Below the pieces are notes generated by a model. The model had not been told where the DNA came from. It made no database searches and saw only the letters and a program-made list of their open reading frames with translations. From positions 5,709 to 69,708 of the forward strand of contig JBKBRA010000010.1 of the NCBI GenBank assembly GCA_046292305.1: 64,000 bases of DNA, written 5' to 3'. Source of the DNA: Dietzia sp. GTDB lineage: Bacteria > Actinomycetota > Actinomycetes > Mycobacteriales > Mycobacteriaceae. Of this stretch, positions 13,098 through 22,089 are shown in pieces (within the stretch, counting starts at the first letter, position 1; each line of letters begins with the position of its first letter). Both the position numbers and the translations under genes were made by a program.

Positions 13098-13760
13098 ATG
13101 GGTGGGGTCGGGAGAGAAGAGATCGACGACGACGAGGTGATGCGCAGGGACAGCTCCGAGTTCGACCGAGGGCTGTCCTTCTTCGACGCCATCTACGGCT
13201 TCGCCGTCACGCTGCTCATCGTGAACGTCGACCTGCCCGAACCGGAGGCGTGGCAGGACCTCGGCTCGTTGATGGGATCCGGGTTGGGGCATCAGTTGTC
13301 CGGAGTCGTGCTGAGCTTCGTGGTGATCTGTGCACTGTGGCGGGTGAACGTCAGGATGATCAAGGGCCTCACCGGGCTCGACGGCCCGATGGTGTTCGCC
13401 AATCTGGTTGCGACCGGCCTGGTGATCCTGGTGCCCTTCACCACGGACGCGATCAGCAACCCGGCCACAGCCGATCTCGCGTTGCCGACCGCGCTCTACG
13501 CCCTCAACATCGCCGGGGTCGCTCTGGCCCAGGCGGCCGTGTACCAGCGTGGTCGCGCTGTCGGACTGGAACGTCGACCCACCTCCCCGAGGGAGAACGG
13601 CATGCTGCTCCTCGCGGCGGCGGCCACCCCGGTGGTGTTCCTGTCGTCGGTCCCCGTGGCGTTGACGGTCGGGCCGGGGGCGGCCCAGCTGATGTGGGTG
13701 TCGTTGGTCGTGTTGCTGCCGCTGACGGGGCGGCTCGCGGACCGGGCGAGGGGGACCTGA
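13098..13760 (+). CDS. TMEM175 (DUF1211) family membrane/K+ channel protein
   Basis: RGLSFFDAIYGFAVTLLI (FxD motif), LVPFTT; about 6 TMs. Confidence 0.85.
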   Translation: MGGVGREEIDDDEVMRRDSSEFDRGLSFFDAIYGFAVTLLIVNVDLPEPEAWQDLGSLMGSGLGHQLSGVVLSFVVICALWRVNVRMIKGLTGLDGPMVFANLVATGLVILVPFTTDAISNPATADLALPTALYALNIAGVALAQAAVYQRGRAVGLERRPTSPRENGMLLLAAAATPVVFLSSVPVALTVGPGAAQLMWVSLVVLLPLTGRLADRARGT

Positions 13761-13808
13761 CGGTGTCGCTGGGTCGGGCTAAGGGTGGGCGTCGAACTGC
13801 GGTCGGTG

Positions 13809-14600
13809 TCAGGCGGCGGAACGGTAGCTCGTCATGGAGACAGAGCCCCAGGCGTAACCCTTGCTGAAGGTCTCCAGCTCCTCGCCGGATCCGGCTGCCA
13901 TCCCCGCCGTGTAGAGCAGCGGCAGGAAGTGGTCTGCGCTGGGCACGGCGAGCCGGGAGTCGGGGTGTTCGACCAGCGAGAGGGCGTCTTCCGGTCGCTC
14001 GGTGAGCAGTTCCTGGGCGTGGTCGTCGAACCGATGGGCCCACTCGGTCCCCGAGTCGCCGCGAGAGGGGTCCGCGGCGGCCAGGTTGTGCACCACGTTC
14101 CCGCTGGCCAGTATCAGGACGCCGGAGTCCCGCAGCGCCGAGAGCCTGGTGCCCAGGTCGAAGTGGTAGTCGGCGGGCTTGGACGCGTCCACCGACAGCT
14201 GGGCCACCGGGACGTCGGCGTCGGGGAAGACGTGGGCGAGGACGGACCACGTGCCGTGGTCGAGTCCCCAGGAGTCCCGGTCCTCGCCGATCCAGGTCGG
14301 CTTGACCACTTCGGCCACCTCGGACGCGAGCTCGGGTGCGCCGGAGGCCGGGTAGTCGAATTCGTTGAGTTCCCGCGGGAAACCGTAGAAGTCGTGGATC
14401 GTCCTGGGGTTCGCCATCGTGGTCACGGCGGTGGCGCCGATGTACCAGTGTGCCGAGACCGCCAGTACGGCGCGGGGACGTTCGGGGAGGGAGTGTCCTA
14501 GCTCGGCCCATTCCCGGGTCCACTGGTTGACCTCGAGAGCGTTGAGGGGGACGCCGTGTCCGATGAAGACGGCGGGCTGGCGCGTGCGTGTGGTGGTCAT
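13809..14600 (-). CDS. ygiD: 4,5-DOPA extradiol dioxygenase (YgiD/LigB family)
   Basis: PAVFIGHG, VSAHW, TIHDFYGFP, GLDHGTW, SGNVVHNL and DHFLPLLY motifs. Confidence 0.9.
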   Translation of the reverse strand: MTTTRTRQPAVFIGHGVPLNALEVNQWTREWAELGHSLPERPRAVLAVSAHWYIGATAVTTMANPRTIHDFYGFPRELNEFDYPASGAPELASEVAEVVKPTWIGEDRDSWGLDHGTWSVLAHVFPDADVPVAQLSVDASKPADYHFDLGTRLSALRDSGVLILASGNVVHNLAAADPSRGDSGTEWAHRFDDHAQELLTERPEDALSLVEHPDSRLAVPSADHFLPLLYTAGMAAGSGEELETFSKGYAWGSVSMTSYRSAA

Positions 14601-14731
14601 GGTGCTCCTTCGTTCTGACTATATGATGCATCAACTAACGGCATAGCGCCAGTGGGGCCCTGTCAGGCGTGCGGTCGGGGGCGGTGCGGAGTGGGCGACG
14701 GCATGTGCGAGGGGCCCGCCCTTGCAGTGGA

Positions 14732-14747
14732 TAGACCGGTCTGTCTA
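14732..14747. promoter_or_regulatory. McbR-type operator TAGAC-N6-GTCTA between a TTGCAG -35 and a TATTAT -10
   Basis: TAGAC-CGGTCT-GTCTA is an exact match to the C. glutamicum McbR consensus; upstream of a rhodanese. Confidence 0.75.
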
Positions 14748-14898
14748 TTATCGGGACCATGAACGCACGACGAATGCCCTCGGCCGGTCCGGTGGCGTCC
14801 GCGCGTGCGCAGCACTGGTGTCACCGACCGGCGACTGCACCCTCGAGAGCAGCCCCCTCGATCCGATCAGCCGGCACCCGCCACACCAGGAGCTCCAG

Positions 14899-15303
14899 AT
14901 GACCACCATCACCGACACCACCGCCGTCACGCTCGATGTCGCCGACTACCGCACCACAGTCGAGGCGGGCGCCCTCGTCGTGGACATCCGTTCCAGGGTC
15001 CAGCGCGAGCGGCAGGGCGTGCTGGCCGGTGCGGTCGCGGTCGAGGCCCGCCCCGTCGTCGAACTGCTCGATCCCCGGTCAGCCGCGCCCCTCGCCGTCG
15101 TGGACGAGGGCCGCGAGGTGGTACTGGTCAGCGACGACGGCCTCGACGCCGAACTGTTCGCGATGGAACTGCAGTCCCGTGGCGTGCGGGGAGTGCGCGC
15201 GGTGGACGGCGGGCACGACGCGCTCCGGGCGGCAGGTGCACTCGGACTGCTCTCCGGTGCGGACCACCTGCTGCGTGAGCGGTCCGCGATCTCGGCGCAC
15301 TGA
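14899..15303 (+). CDS. Rhodanese-like domain protein (Rv1066-like) lacking cysteine
   Basis: GALVVDIR..QR..G.LAGA, LDPRS and VDGGHDAL motifs; AGGAG RBS. Confidence 0.8.
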   Translation: MTTITDTTAVTLDVADYRTTVEAGALVVDIRSRVQRERQGVLAGAVAVEARPVVELLDPRSAAPLAVVDEGREVVLVSDDGLDAELFAMELQSRGVRGVRAVDGGHDALRAAGALGLLSGADHLLRERSAISAH

Positions 15304-15361
15304 CGCGATCTGCACGCCCGACCGGGGGCGCGCCGACGCGGACGCCGGTACGGTCGCGTCC

Positions 15362-16315
15362 ATGACGGACGACATCTCGGCAGACCTGCTCGAAGGCATC
15401 CTCGACGAGGTTCGTGACGACTCCTCGGGCGACCTCGTCCCACACCTGGGCGACTACGAACACCCGAATCCCGACGCTCTGGCGTTGGCGGTGTGCGACC
15501 TCGAGGGAACCGTGACCTCGGCGGGGGACGACGACATCCGTTTCGATCTCCAGTCCGCATCGAAGCCGTTCGTGTACGCCCTGGCTCTGGACCAGAAGGG
15601 GGTGGACGAGGTGGCCAAGCTGATCGGGGTCGAACCCTCCGGGGACGCGTTCAACGAGATCTCCCTGGAGGCCGGTACCGGCCGGGCCCCCAACGGTCTC
15701 GTCAACGCGGGGGCGTTGGCCGCCCACTCCCTCGTCGGGGATCCCGACGACGACGAGGTCACGCGATTCGAGCACATCCGTGAATTGTTCTCCCGCCTCG
15801 TCGGCCGCGAAGTGGAGGTGGACGAGCAGATCGCGGATATCGAGGCGAAGAGCGCACACCGCAATCAGGCGCTCGCCCACCTGCTCGCCGAGGAGGGCAA
15901 CCTCGCGGACGACCCCCACGAGGTGGTGGCGGGGTACGGGCGCCAGTGCGCGGTCCGCGTGGATGTCCGCGAGCTCGCCCACATGGCCGCGATGTTCGCG
16001 AACGGCGGTCTGAAACCCGGGAGTGACGAACGGATCCTCGGACGGAAAGCGGTGCGCTACGCCAACAGCGTGATGTTCACCTGCGGCATGTACGACGCGG
16101 CGGGCGACTGGGTGTACCAGGTCGGACTGCCCGCGAAGAGCGGGGTGTCGGGGTGTCTGTTGGCGGTGGTGCCCGGCAAGTTCGGCATCGCGGCCTACTC
16201 GCCGCGCCTGGACGAGCACGGCAACAGCGTGCGGGCGGCGGCCGCCATCGAGCAGCTGTCGGACCGTTTTGACCTCCACGTCCTCGACCACGTGGACGAC
16301 GACGGGGAGGGATAA
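15362..16315 (+). CDS. glsA: Glutaminase
   Basis: FDLQSASKPFVY (SxxK), GVEPSGDAFN, TCGMYDAAG, GLPAKSGVSG and LDEHGNSVR motifs. Confidence 0.93.
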   Translation: MTDDISADLLEGILDEVRDDSSGDLVPHLGDYEHPNPDALALAVCDLEGTVTSAGDDDIRFDLQSASKPFVYALALDQKGVDEVAKLIGVEPSGDAFNEISLEAGTGRAPNGLVNAGALAAHSLVGDPDDDEVTRFEHIRELFSRLVGREVEVDEQIADIEAKSAHRNQALAHLLAEEGNLADDPHEVVAGYGRQCAVRVDVRELAHMAAMFANGGLKPGSDERILGRKAVRYANSVMFTCGMYDAAGDWVYQVGLPAKSGVSGCLLAVVPGKFGIAAYSPRLDEHGNSVRAAAAIEQLSDRFDLHVLDHVDDDGEG

Positions 16316-16452
16316 ACATGGGTTTGACGTCTCAGCCGGTCCCGGCTTACCGGGATAGCCATGGTCTCTTCGGAGCCGAATCCATGCTTGACTTCCGGAG
16401 GGCGATCGAGACGCTCTGAGCTCCTTGCGCCGCTCTCCCGCGAATCGAAGTC

Positions 16453-18171
16453 CTACGAACCGAACGAACTTCCGCCTGCGGGAGGAGTTGTTCCATCGGA
16501 GGGGAGGGTGCCTCCGCCCGCTGACTGCGGGCCGAGAAGGTGTGTATGGGGTTGGCCCGCGCGGTCGATGGCCTGCTGGTCCACCGAGACGGCCCTGCCC
16601 TTATCTGCTGTCGTTGGAGAGGTGAGTTCCTGCGGACGGCCACCCGAAACGCGGTAGTACTTGCCTGACCTGTAGCCGAGCAGGATCGTTCCGTCCGCTG
16701 GATAGTTCAGGAGATACTGCCATCGGCCGCTCTTGCCAGCGTTCTCTGTGGCGACAAGATCGATACTGGTAGCCGTCCGGGAGCCGCCTATGTTCGCCCA
16801 GTTGTAGACGCAGATCGGTGCTCCGCCTGCGACGGTGAACACTGTCCCGTGACCTGACTTCCCGGGGGCTTGTCCTGAGACGATGGTGCCGTCGGCGGGC
16901 CGCCTGCGCAGATGGTTCCAGACGCCGGTGCCGCCGGAGTTGTGGATGGCGGCGAGGGAGACGTTGGTGACTGATTGATTCTTGCCGACGTGGTCGAAGC
17001 TGGTGACGTAGATGGGTGCGCCGCCGGCGATGACGTAGACGGTTCCGTGCTCGGCGTGCCCGGGTGCCTGTCCGGAGAGCAGGGTCCCGTTGGCTGGGAA
17101 CTTGCGTAAACGGTTCCAGACGCCGGTGCCGCCGGAGTTGTGGATTGCGGCGAGGGAGACGTTGGTGACTGGCTTGTTCTTGCCGACGTGGTCGAAGCTG
17201 GTGACGTAGATGGGTGCGCCGCCGGCGATGACGTAGACGGTTCCGTGTTCGGCGTGACCGGGAGCTTGACCGGAGACGAGAGTTCCGTTGGATGGGTATC
17301 TGAGAAGGCGAGCCCAAGGGCCGGATTCTCCAGCTCTGTGGATGGCAGCTAGGTCGACATTGATCACCGGCTTGTTCTTACCGACATGATCGAAGCTGGT
17401 GACGTAGATGGGTGCGCCGCCGGCGATGACGTAGACGGTTCCGTGCTCTGCGTGCCCGGGGGCCTGTCCGGAGATGAGAGTGCCGTCGACGGGATGTGTA
17501 CGGAGACCGTTGAACTCTGCGGCGGATAACTCGCGTACCGTCTTCTCGCCCCCCAGGTGTGCCCACGAGGAGACGTAGACGGGTGCGCCGCCGGCGATGC
17601 GGTATACATGGCCGCCGTATGAAACGAAGTCGCCTTCTCCGATCGGGACTGATCCGTCGAGCGTTCTAGGGCGCAGATACCCCGTCAGGCTGGTTTTTGT
17701 CATGGTGATGACCTGAGCGTTTCCGCCAGTGAAGGGCGGGGAGTTGTTCGCACTTAGGAGCCGCAGGCTTCCGCCCAGGTCGTCCAAGACAATCGCGATG
17801 TGGTTACGGGAGCTGTTCCATACGGCCATGTCGCCTTTCCGGGCTCCGACTCCTGCTCCCACCTTGTGATAGAGGGACCCCGGGGCATTCCCGTACATCT
17901 GCCACCCGTAGCCGCCGATGAGCGATGTTCCACCGCAGACCTCGCGGTGATAGATCTCGGCGAGCGCGGTGCATTGGCCATGGAGAGGAGAACCGGCTGG
18001 CTGCCCCGGATACAACGGATATCGGTTGTTGTGTCGATTGACGAAAGCGTCGACTCGGGAATCCGCGTTGGCAGCGCCCGCGCTACGGAGATTCAGTGCG
18101 ACCGCCGCTAGTGTTGAGGCGGAAAACGCTGCAAACGCGCGCCTTGACACCGCTAATCCGTTGATGGTCAT
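16453..18171 (-). CDS. Tat-signal secreted CHAP-like cell-wall hydrolase with tandem ~66-aa repeats
   Basis: SRRAF signal with ANA cleavage site; GQCT..GDMAVW..HIAIV..GYLRP CHAP-like domain; repeats; more A/T-ending codons than its neighbours. Confidence 0.75.
   Translation of the reverse strand: MTINGLAVSRRAFAAFSASTLAAVALNLRSAGAANADSRVDAFVNRHNNRYPLYPGQPAGSPLHGQCTALAEIYHREVCGGTSLIGGYGWQMYGNAPGSLYHKVGAGVGARKGDMAVWNSSRNHIAIVLDDLGGSLRLLSANNSPPFTGGNAQVITMTKTSLTGYLRPRTLDGSVPIGEGDFVSYGGHVYRIAGGAPVYVSSWAHLGGEKTVRELSAAEFNGLRTHPVDGTLISGQAPGHAEHGTVYVIAGGAPIYVTSFDHVGKNKPVINVDLAAIHRAGESGPWARLLRYPSNGTLVSGQAPGHAEHGTVYVIAGGAPIYVTSFDHVGKNKPVTNVSLAAIHNSGGTGVWNRLRKFPANGTLLSGQAPGHAEHGTVYVIAGGAPIYVTSFDHVGKNQSVTNVSLAAIHNSGGTGVWNHLRRRPADGTIVSGQAPGKSGHGTVFTVAGGAPICVYNWANIGGSRTATSIDLVATENAGKSGRWQYLLNYPADGTILLGYRSGKYYRVSGGRPQELTSPTTADKGRAVSVDQQAIDRAGQPHTHLLGPQSAGGGTLPSDGTTPPAGGSSFGS
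16740..17620 (-). repeat. Intragenic 198-bp tandem repeat (five units, the N-terminal one shorter and divergent)
   Basis: GACG(T/C)AGA core at 16807, 17005, 17203, 17401 (198-bp spacing) and 17572; encodes GTVYVIAGGAPIYVTSFDHVG units. Confidence 0.9.
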
Positions 18172-18357
18172 GACACCAGCCTGTTCTCGGATGGTCGGGC
18201 AAACCCCGTGTTGCGATAGTCTCGCAGTGATCGAATGAATTAGATGTCCCCCAAACGCATAATTATCTCCAGCAGCGGTCCAGGTGCTGATGCCCTTAAC
18301 GGGGCGGGAGCCCACGGGTTCGGCTCCGACGCATAGGGGCGACTATCCTCGGGAGTC

Positions 18358-19977
18358 GTGACCGACTCGACTCCCGCCGCGCCCGGGGCCGCCTCGAACG
18401 AGCCCGCCGACGACACCCCCGAGCAGCTGCGCATCCGCCGCGACAAGCGGCAGCGCATCCTCGATCGCGGTGTGGACGCCTACCCGGTCGAGGTCCCCCG
18501 CACGCACGGGCTCGTCGAGATCGCGTCGGATCCGCGCTTCGCCGCTCTCGAACCGGGGGAGGAGACCGACGTCCGCGTCTCCGTGGCCGGCCGGGTGCTG
18601 TTCGTCCGCAACACCGGCAAGCTCTGCTTCGTCCGCCTCCAGGACGGCGTAGACCCGGCTGCGACGCTATCTGCCCCGGCCGTGGATGGTGAGCCCGACG
18701 CGTTCGCCCCCCAGCTGCAGGCCATGCTCTCGCTGGCCAACGTCGGGGAGGAGCGGCTGGAGGCGTGGAAGCAGGACGTGGACCTCGGTGACCACGTCTC
18801 GGTGACCGGCCGGGTGGTGCGGTCCAAGCGCGGCGAGTTGTCCGTCATGGCCGACTCGTGGGTGCTGGCGGCCAAGTCCCTGCGACCGTTGCCGGTCGCG
18901 CACAAGGAGCTCAGCGAGGACACGCGCGTCCGTCAGCGCTACACCGACCTCATCATGCGCGACACCGCCCGGCGCAACGCGATCACCCGCATCAAGGTCG
19001 TCCGGGCACTGCGTAACGCCCTCGACGGGCGCGGGTTCCTCGAGGTGGAGACGCCGATGTTGCAGACGCTGCACGGCGGCGCCGCCGCCCGGCCGTTCGT
19101 CACGCACTCCAACGCGCTGGACCTGGACCTCTACCTGCGCATCGCCCCGGAGCTGTACCTCAAGCGCTGCGTGGTGGGCGGGATCGAGCGGGTCTTCGAG
19201 ATCAACCGCAACTTCCGGAACGAGGGCGTGGACTCCTCGCACAGCCCCGAGTTCGCGATGCTCGAGACCTACCAGGCCTACGGGGACTACGACACGTCCG
19301 CCACGATGATCCGTGAGGTCATCCAGGAGGTCGCGCTCGAGGTCTTCGGTTCCACCACGGTGTCGCTGGCCGACGGCACCGAGTTCGACCTGGGTGGGCA
19401 GTGGCGTGAGATGCGGATGTACCCCTCGCTCAACGAGGCCCTCCGAGCGCGGCACCCCGAACTCGGCGTGGAGGTGACGGTGGACTCCACGGTTCCCGAG
19501 CTCACCGAGCTTGCGGGGAAGGTCGGGCTCGAGGTTCCCTCGGGCAGGGGCTGGCTGCACGGCAAGTTGGTCGAGGAACTCTGGGAGCACCTGTGCGGTG
19601 ACCAGCTCGAGGGGCCGGTGTTCGTCCGCGACTTCCCCGTCGAGACCTCCCCTCTGACCCGCGACCACCGCACCGATCGTGGCGTCACCGAGAAGTGGGA
19701 CCTCTACGTCCGCGGGTTCGAGCTGGCGACCGGGTACTCGGAGCTGGTCGACCCGGTAATCCAACGTCGGCGGTTCGAGGACCAGGCGCGGCTCGCCGCG
19801 GCCGGCGACGATGAGGCGATGGTCCTGGACGAGGACTTCCTGGCCGCGATGGAGCAGGGGATGCCGCCCACCACCGGGCTGGGGATGGGGATCGACCGAC
19901 TGCTCATGGCGCTCACCGGGTTGGGGATCCGGGAGACCATCCTGTTCCCCATGGTCAAGCCGCTGCCGCGGGACTGA
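18358..19977 (+). CDS. lysS: Lysine--tRNA ligase (class II)
   Basis: [33 protein letters not shown] and [15 protein letters not shown] motifs. Confidence 0.97.
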   Translation: MTDSTPAAPGAASNEPADDTPEQLRIRRDKRQRILDRGVDAYPVEVPRTHGLVEIASDPRFAALEPGEETDVRVSVAGRVLFVRNTGKLCFVRLQDGVDPAATLSAPAVDGEPDAFAPQLQAMLSLANVGEERLEAWKQDVDLGDHVSVTGRVVRSKRGELSVMADSWVLAAKSLRPLPVAHKELSEDTRVRQRYTDLIMRDTARRNAITRIKVVRALRNALDGRGFLEVETPMLQTLHGGAAARPFVTHSNALDLDLYLRIAPELYLKRCVVGGIERVFEINRNFRNEGVDSSHSPEFAMLETYQAYGDYDTSATMIREVIQEVALEVFGSTTVSLADGTEFDLGGQWREMRMYPSLNEALRARHPELGVEVTVDSTVPELTELAGKVGLEVPSGRGWLHGKLVEELWEHLCGDQLEGPVFVRDFPVETSPLTRDHRTDRGVTEKWDLYVRGFELATGYSELVDPVIQRRRFEDQARLAAAGDDEAMVLDEDFLAAMEQGMPPTTGLGMGIDRLLMALTGLGIRETILFPMVKPLPRD

Positions 19978-20068
19978 CCCCACGGTCGCCGCGGACCCGC
20001 GGCCACACACGACCGGCCAGAGGCGGTCAGCGACAGACGACCGGGTGGGACGACTCGATTCGGTGGAA

Positions 20069-20698
20069 CTAGTCGGCGTGCGCCCAGGCGTCGGCGACGA
20101 GATCGCGGAGCACCTGTTGATCGACCTTGGCCAGGGTCGTCACGTAGAGACACCCCTTTCCGGTCTTGTGTGGTCCCAGCGTGGCGAGCAGCGCGTCGGC
20201 CCCCGGGGCCCCGAGCAGCCCGTAGAGGGTGAGGGCAGAGGAGCGGGGGCTGAAGCCCACCCGGAGGGTGTCGCCCTCGCGGCCGCTGTCGTAGACGTAG
20301 TGGTGAGTGCCGTAGCCCACGATGGAGGGGCCCCACATGGCGGGCTGTTCGCCGGTGACGTCACCGAAGATCTCCAGGAGTCGCAGTCCGTCCGCCACGC
20401 GTCGGGCGGTGGGCAGCCCCTCGATCCACTCCCGCGGCGAGCCCGGTGCCGCGATCAACGTCGTGTTGTCATTGCGGCCGGTGGGCCGGGGCCGGGCGAC
20501 CGGCTCGCTGAAGGACAAGCCCGCCGCGGCCAGCGCGTCGCGCAGCACCCCGAGCTGGGAGGGGCCGACCCCGTGTAGCGCCAGTACGTCCTTCTCGGGG
20601 ATACCGTCGAGCTGGCGGAGGTGGGTGATGCCGGCGTGGTCCAGCGCGAGGGCCGCCGGGGCGGAGAGCCGGGGCAGGGGAAGCGGTGACTCGCTCAT
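20069..20698 (-). CDS. Helix-hairpin-helix-like domain fused to DUF1801 (YdhG-like)
   Basis: N-terminal LPRLSAPA..AGITHL..LALHGVGP; C-terminal MWGPSIVGYG..SGREGD..GFSPR..HKTGKGCLY. Confidence 0.8.
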   Translation of the reverse strand: MSESPLPLPRLSAPAALALDHAGITHLRQLDGIPEKDVLALHGVGPSQLGVLRDALAAAGLSFSEPVARPRPTGRNDNTTLIAAPGSPREWIEGLPTARRVADGLRLLEIFGDVTGEQPAMWGPSIVGYGTHHYVYDSGREGDTLRVGFSPRSSALTLYGLLGAPGADALLATLGPHKTGKGCLYVTTLAKVDQQVLRDLVADAWAHAD

Positions 20699-20800
20699 GG
20701 TGCAGACGCTAGCCCCCGCGCGGGGATCAGGGCCCGGCCGAGACCCGAACGTGACTCCGAGTCGCCCGTCCAGGTGACCTGCCCCGGACATAATCACAGA

Positions 20801-21427
20801 ATGAGGAGAAACCCATCACGTGTGTTGGTCGGTCTGATGGCGGCGTTGCTGATCGCGGGGACCTCGACCTCGGGGGCCTCGGCCCAGAGTCCGCTGCCCC
20901 TACCGCCGGAGGTCCAGCAGGCACTGGATCAGGCCCAGGCCGGATCAGTGCAGGCGGATGCGGACCTTCGCACCGCGGCCGGCGGCTGGCTGGAGTCGGC
21001 GGGTCTCACCCCTCCGCCCGGTTTCGTGCCTCCTCCGCCCGCGCCACCGCAGCCCTCACCGCCGCCGGACCTCACCCCGCAGAGCCCGTGTCCACGAACG
21101 GCCGCGGCGTGCGTGGACCTCAACGGGAACCGGACCTGGCTGCAGTCGGGAGAGCGGTTGAGCTACGGGCCGGTGCGGATGTCCCACGGCAAGGCCGGCT
21201 GGGAGACCCCTCGCGGGACCTACCAGGTCACACGGAAGGTGCGACATGAGGTCAGCCGCCTGTTCAACGACGCTCCGATGCCGTACTCGGTGTACTTCGT
21301 GGGCGGGATCGCGTTCCACGAGGGGGACCCCGCCTACGAGTCCCACGGGTGCATCCGGATGGACCAGCCCGCCGCCGCCACCTACTTCGAGAGGTTGCAG
21401 GTCGGGGACACGGTGGTGGTGTTCTGA
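20801..21427 (+). CDS. Secreted L,D-transpeptidase (YkuD domain)
   Basis: Signal peptide, Pro-rich linker, ETPRG, PMPYSVYF and GIAFHEG..SHGCIRM catalytic motif. Confidence 0.9.
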   Translation: MRRNPSRVLVGLMAALLIAGTSTSGASAQSPLPLPPEVQQALDQAQAGSVQADADLRTAAGGWLESAGLTPPPGFVPPPPAPPQPSPPPDLTPQSPCPRTAAACVDLNGNRTWLQSGERLSYGPVRMSHGKAGWETPRGTYQVTRKVRHEVSRLFNDAPMPYSVYFVGGIAFHEGDPAYESHGCIRMDQPAAATYFERLQVGDTVVVF

Positions 21428-21445
21428 CGGTGGTGTAGTGACGCC

Positions 21446-22000
21446 TTACGAATTCTTGAACATGCGGGCCTCGGCGCGGTCCGGCAGGAGGTACTCGGCG
21501 GACTTGGCCGCCAACGCCGATCCGACGATCACGAGCACGAATCCGATCGCGGCGACGAACGGCCCGTAGCTGACCGATGTGCCCTCGGGCAGGCCCGCCA
21601 GCATCGGATCGGAGGTATCGGTCGAGTTGAACAGGACCCAGACGAAGATCAGGTGGGCGGCCAACACGAGGGACGCGAGCACCGCGTTGGCAGCCGCGAA
21701 GAATCCCAGGCGGGTGAACAGCGTGACCGCCACCAGGACCGACAGCACCAGCAGGCCGAGGAAGTTCAGCGGCGCCATGGTGCGCAGGTCCAGGATCTCG
21801 GTGAGGTCGAGCGCGGTGATCGCCCCTCCGGTCTCGGTGGACAGCCAGGGGAGGTAGAGGCTGAGCAGGGCGAGCGCCAGTCCGACGACGGCGGTCAGGC
21901 CGCCGATGCGATTCCGCAGGTGGGGGATGATCTTTCCGCCGGCCGGGGTGTCTGTCCGCGCGGTCGAAGTGTGGGTGTCGGGCGTTGGCTGTGCGGTCAT
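21446..22000 (-). CDS. Four-TM hypothetical membrane protein (paralog A)
   Basis: RNRIG..LALALLSLYLPWLST motif; collinear with 22090..22626. Confidence 0.8.
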   Translation of the reverse strand: MTAQPTPDTHTSTARTDTPAGGKIIPHLRNRIGGLTAVVGLALALLSLYLPWLSTETGGAITALDLTEILDLRTMAPLNFLGLLVLSVLVAVTLFTRLGFFAAANAVLASLVLAAHLIFVWVLFNSTDTSDPMLAGLPEGTSVSYGPFVAAIGFVLVIVGSALAAKSAEYLLPDRAEARMFKNS

Positions 22001-22089
22001 GGCTGGTGTCCCTCAGTCGGACCGGAGTCGGCGAAGTGAATTAAGTCACACAATAGTCGCGGATTTCCGGATGTGCCACACCAGTGTGT

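Noticed and set aside
16740-17620. 198-bp repeats as a CRISPR array or DGR template/variable pair
   Set aside because: In-frame protein repeats with no spacers and no reverse transcriptase in the window
18172-18357. c-di-AMP (ydaO) riboswitch or mobile-element ends around the CHAP gene
   Set aside because: I could not find the riboswitch consensus, terminal inverted repeats or a target-site duplication by eye; an Infernal search would be decisive
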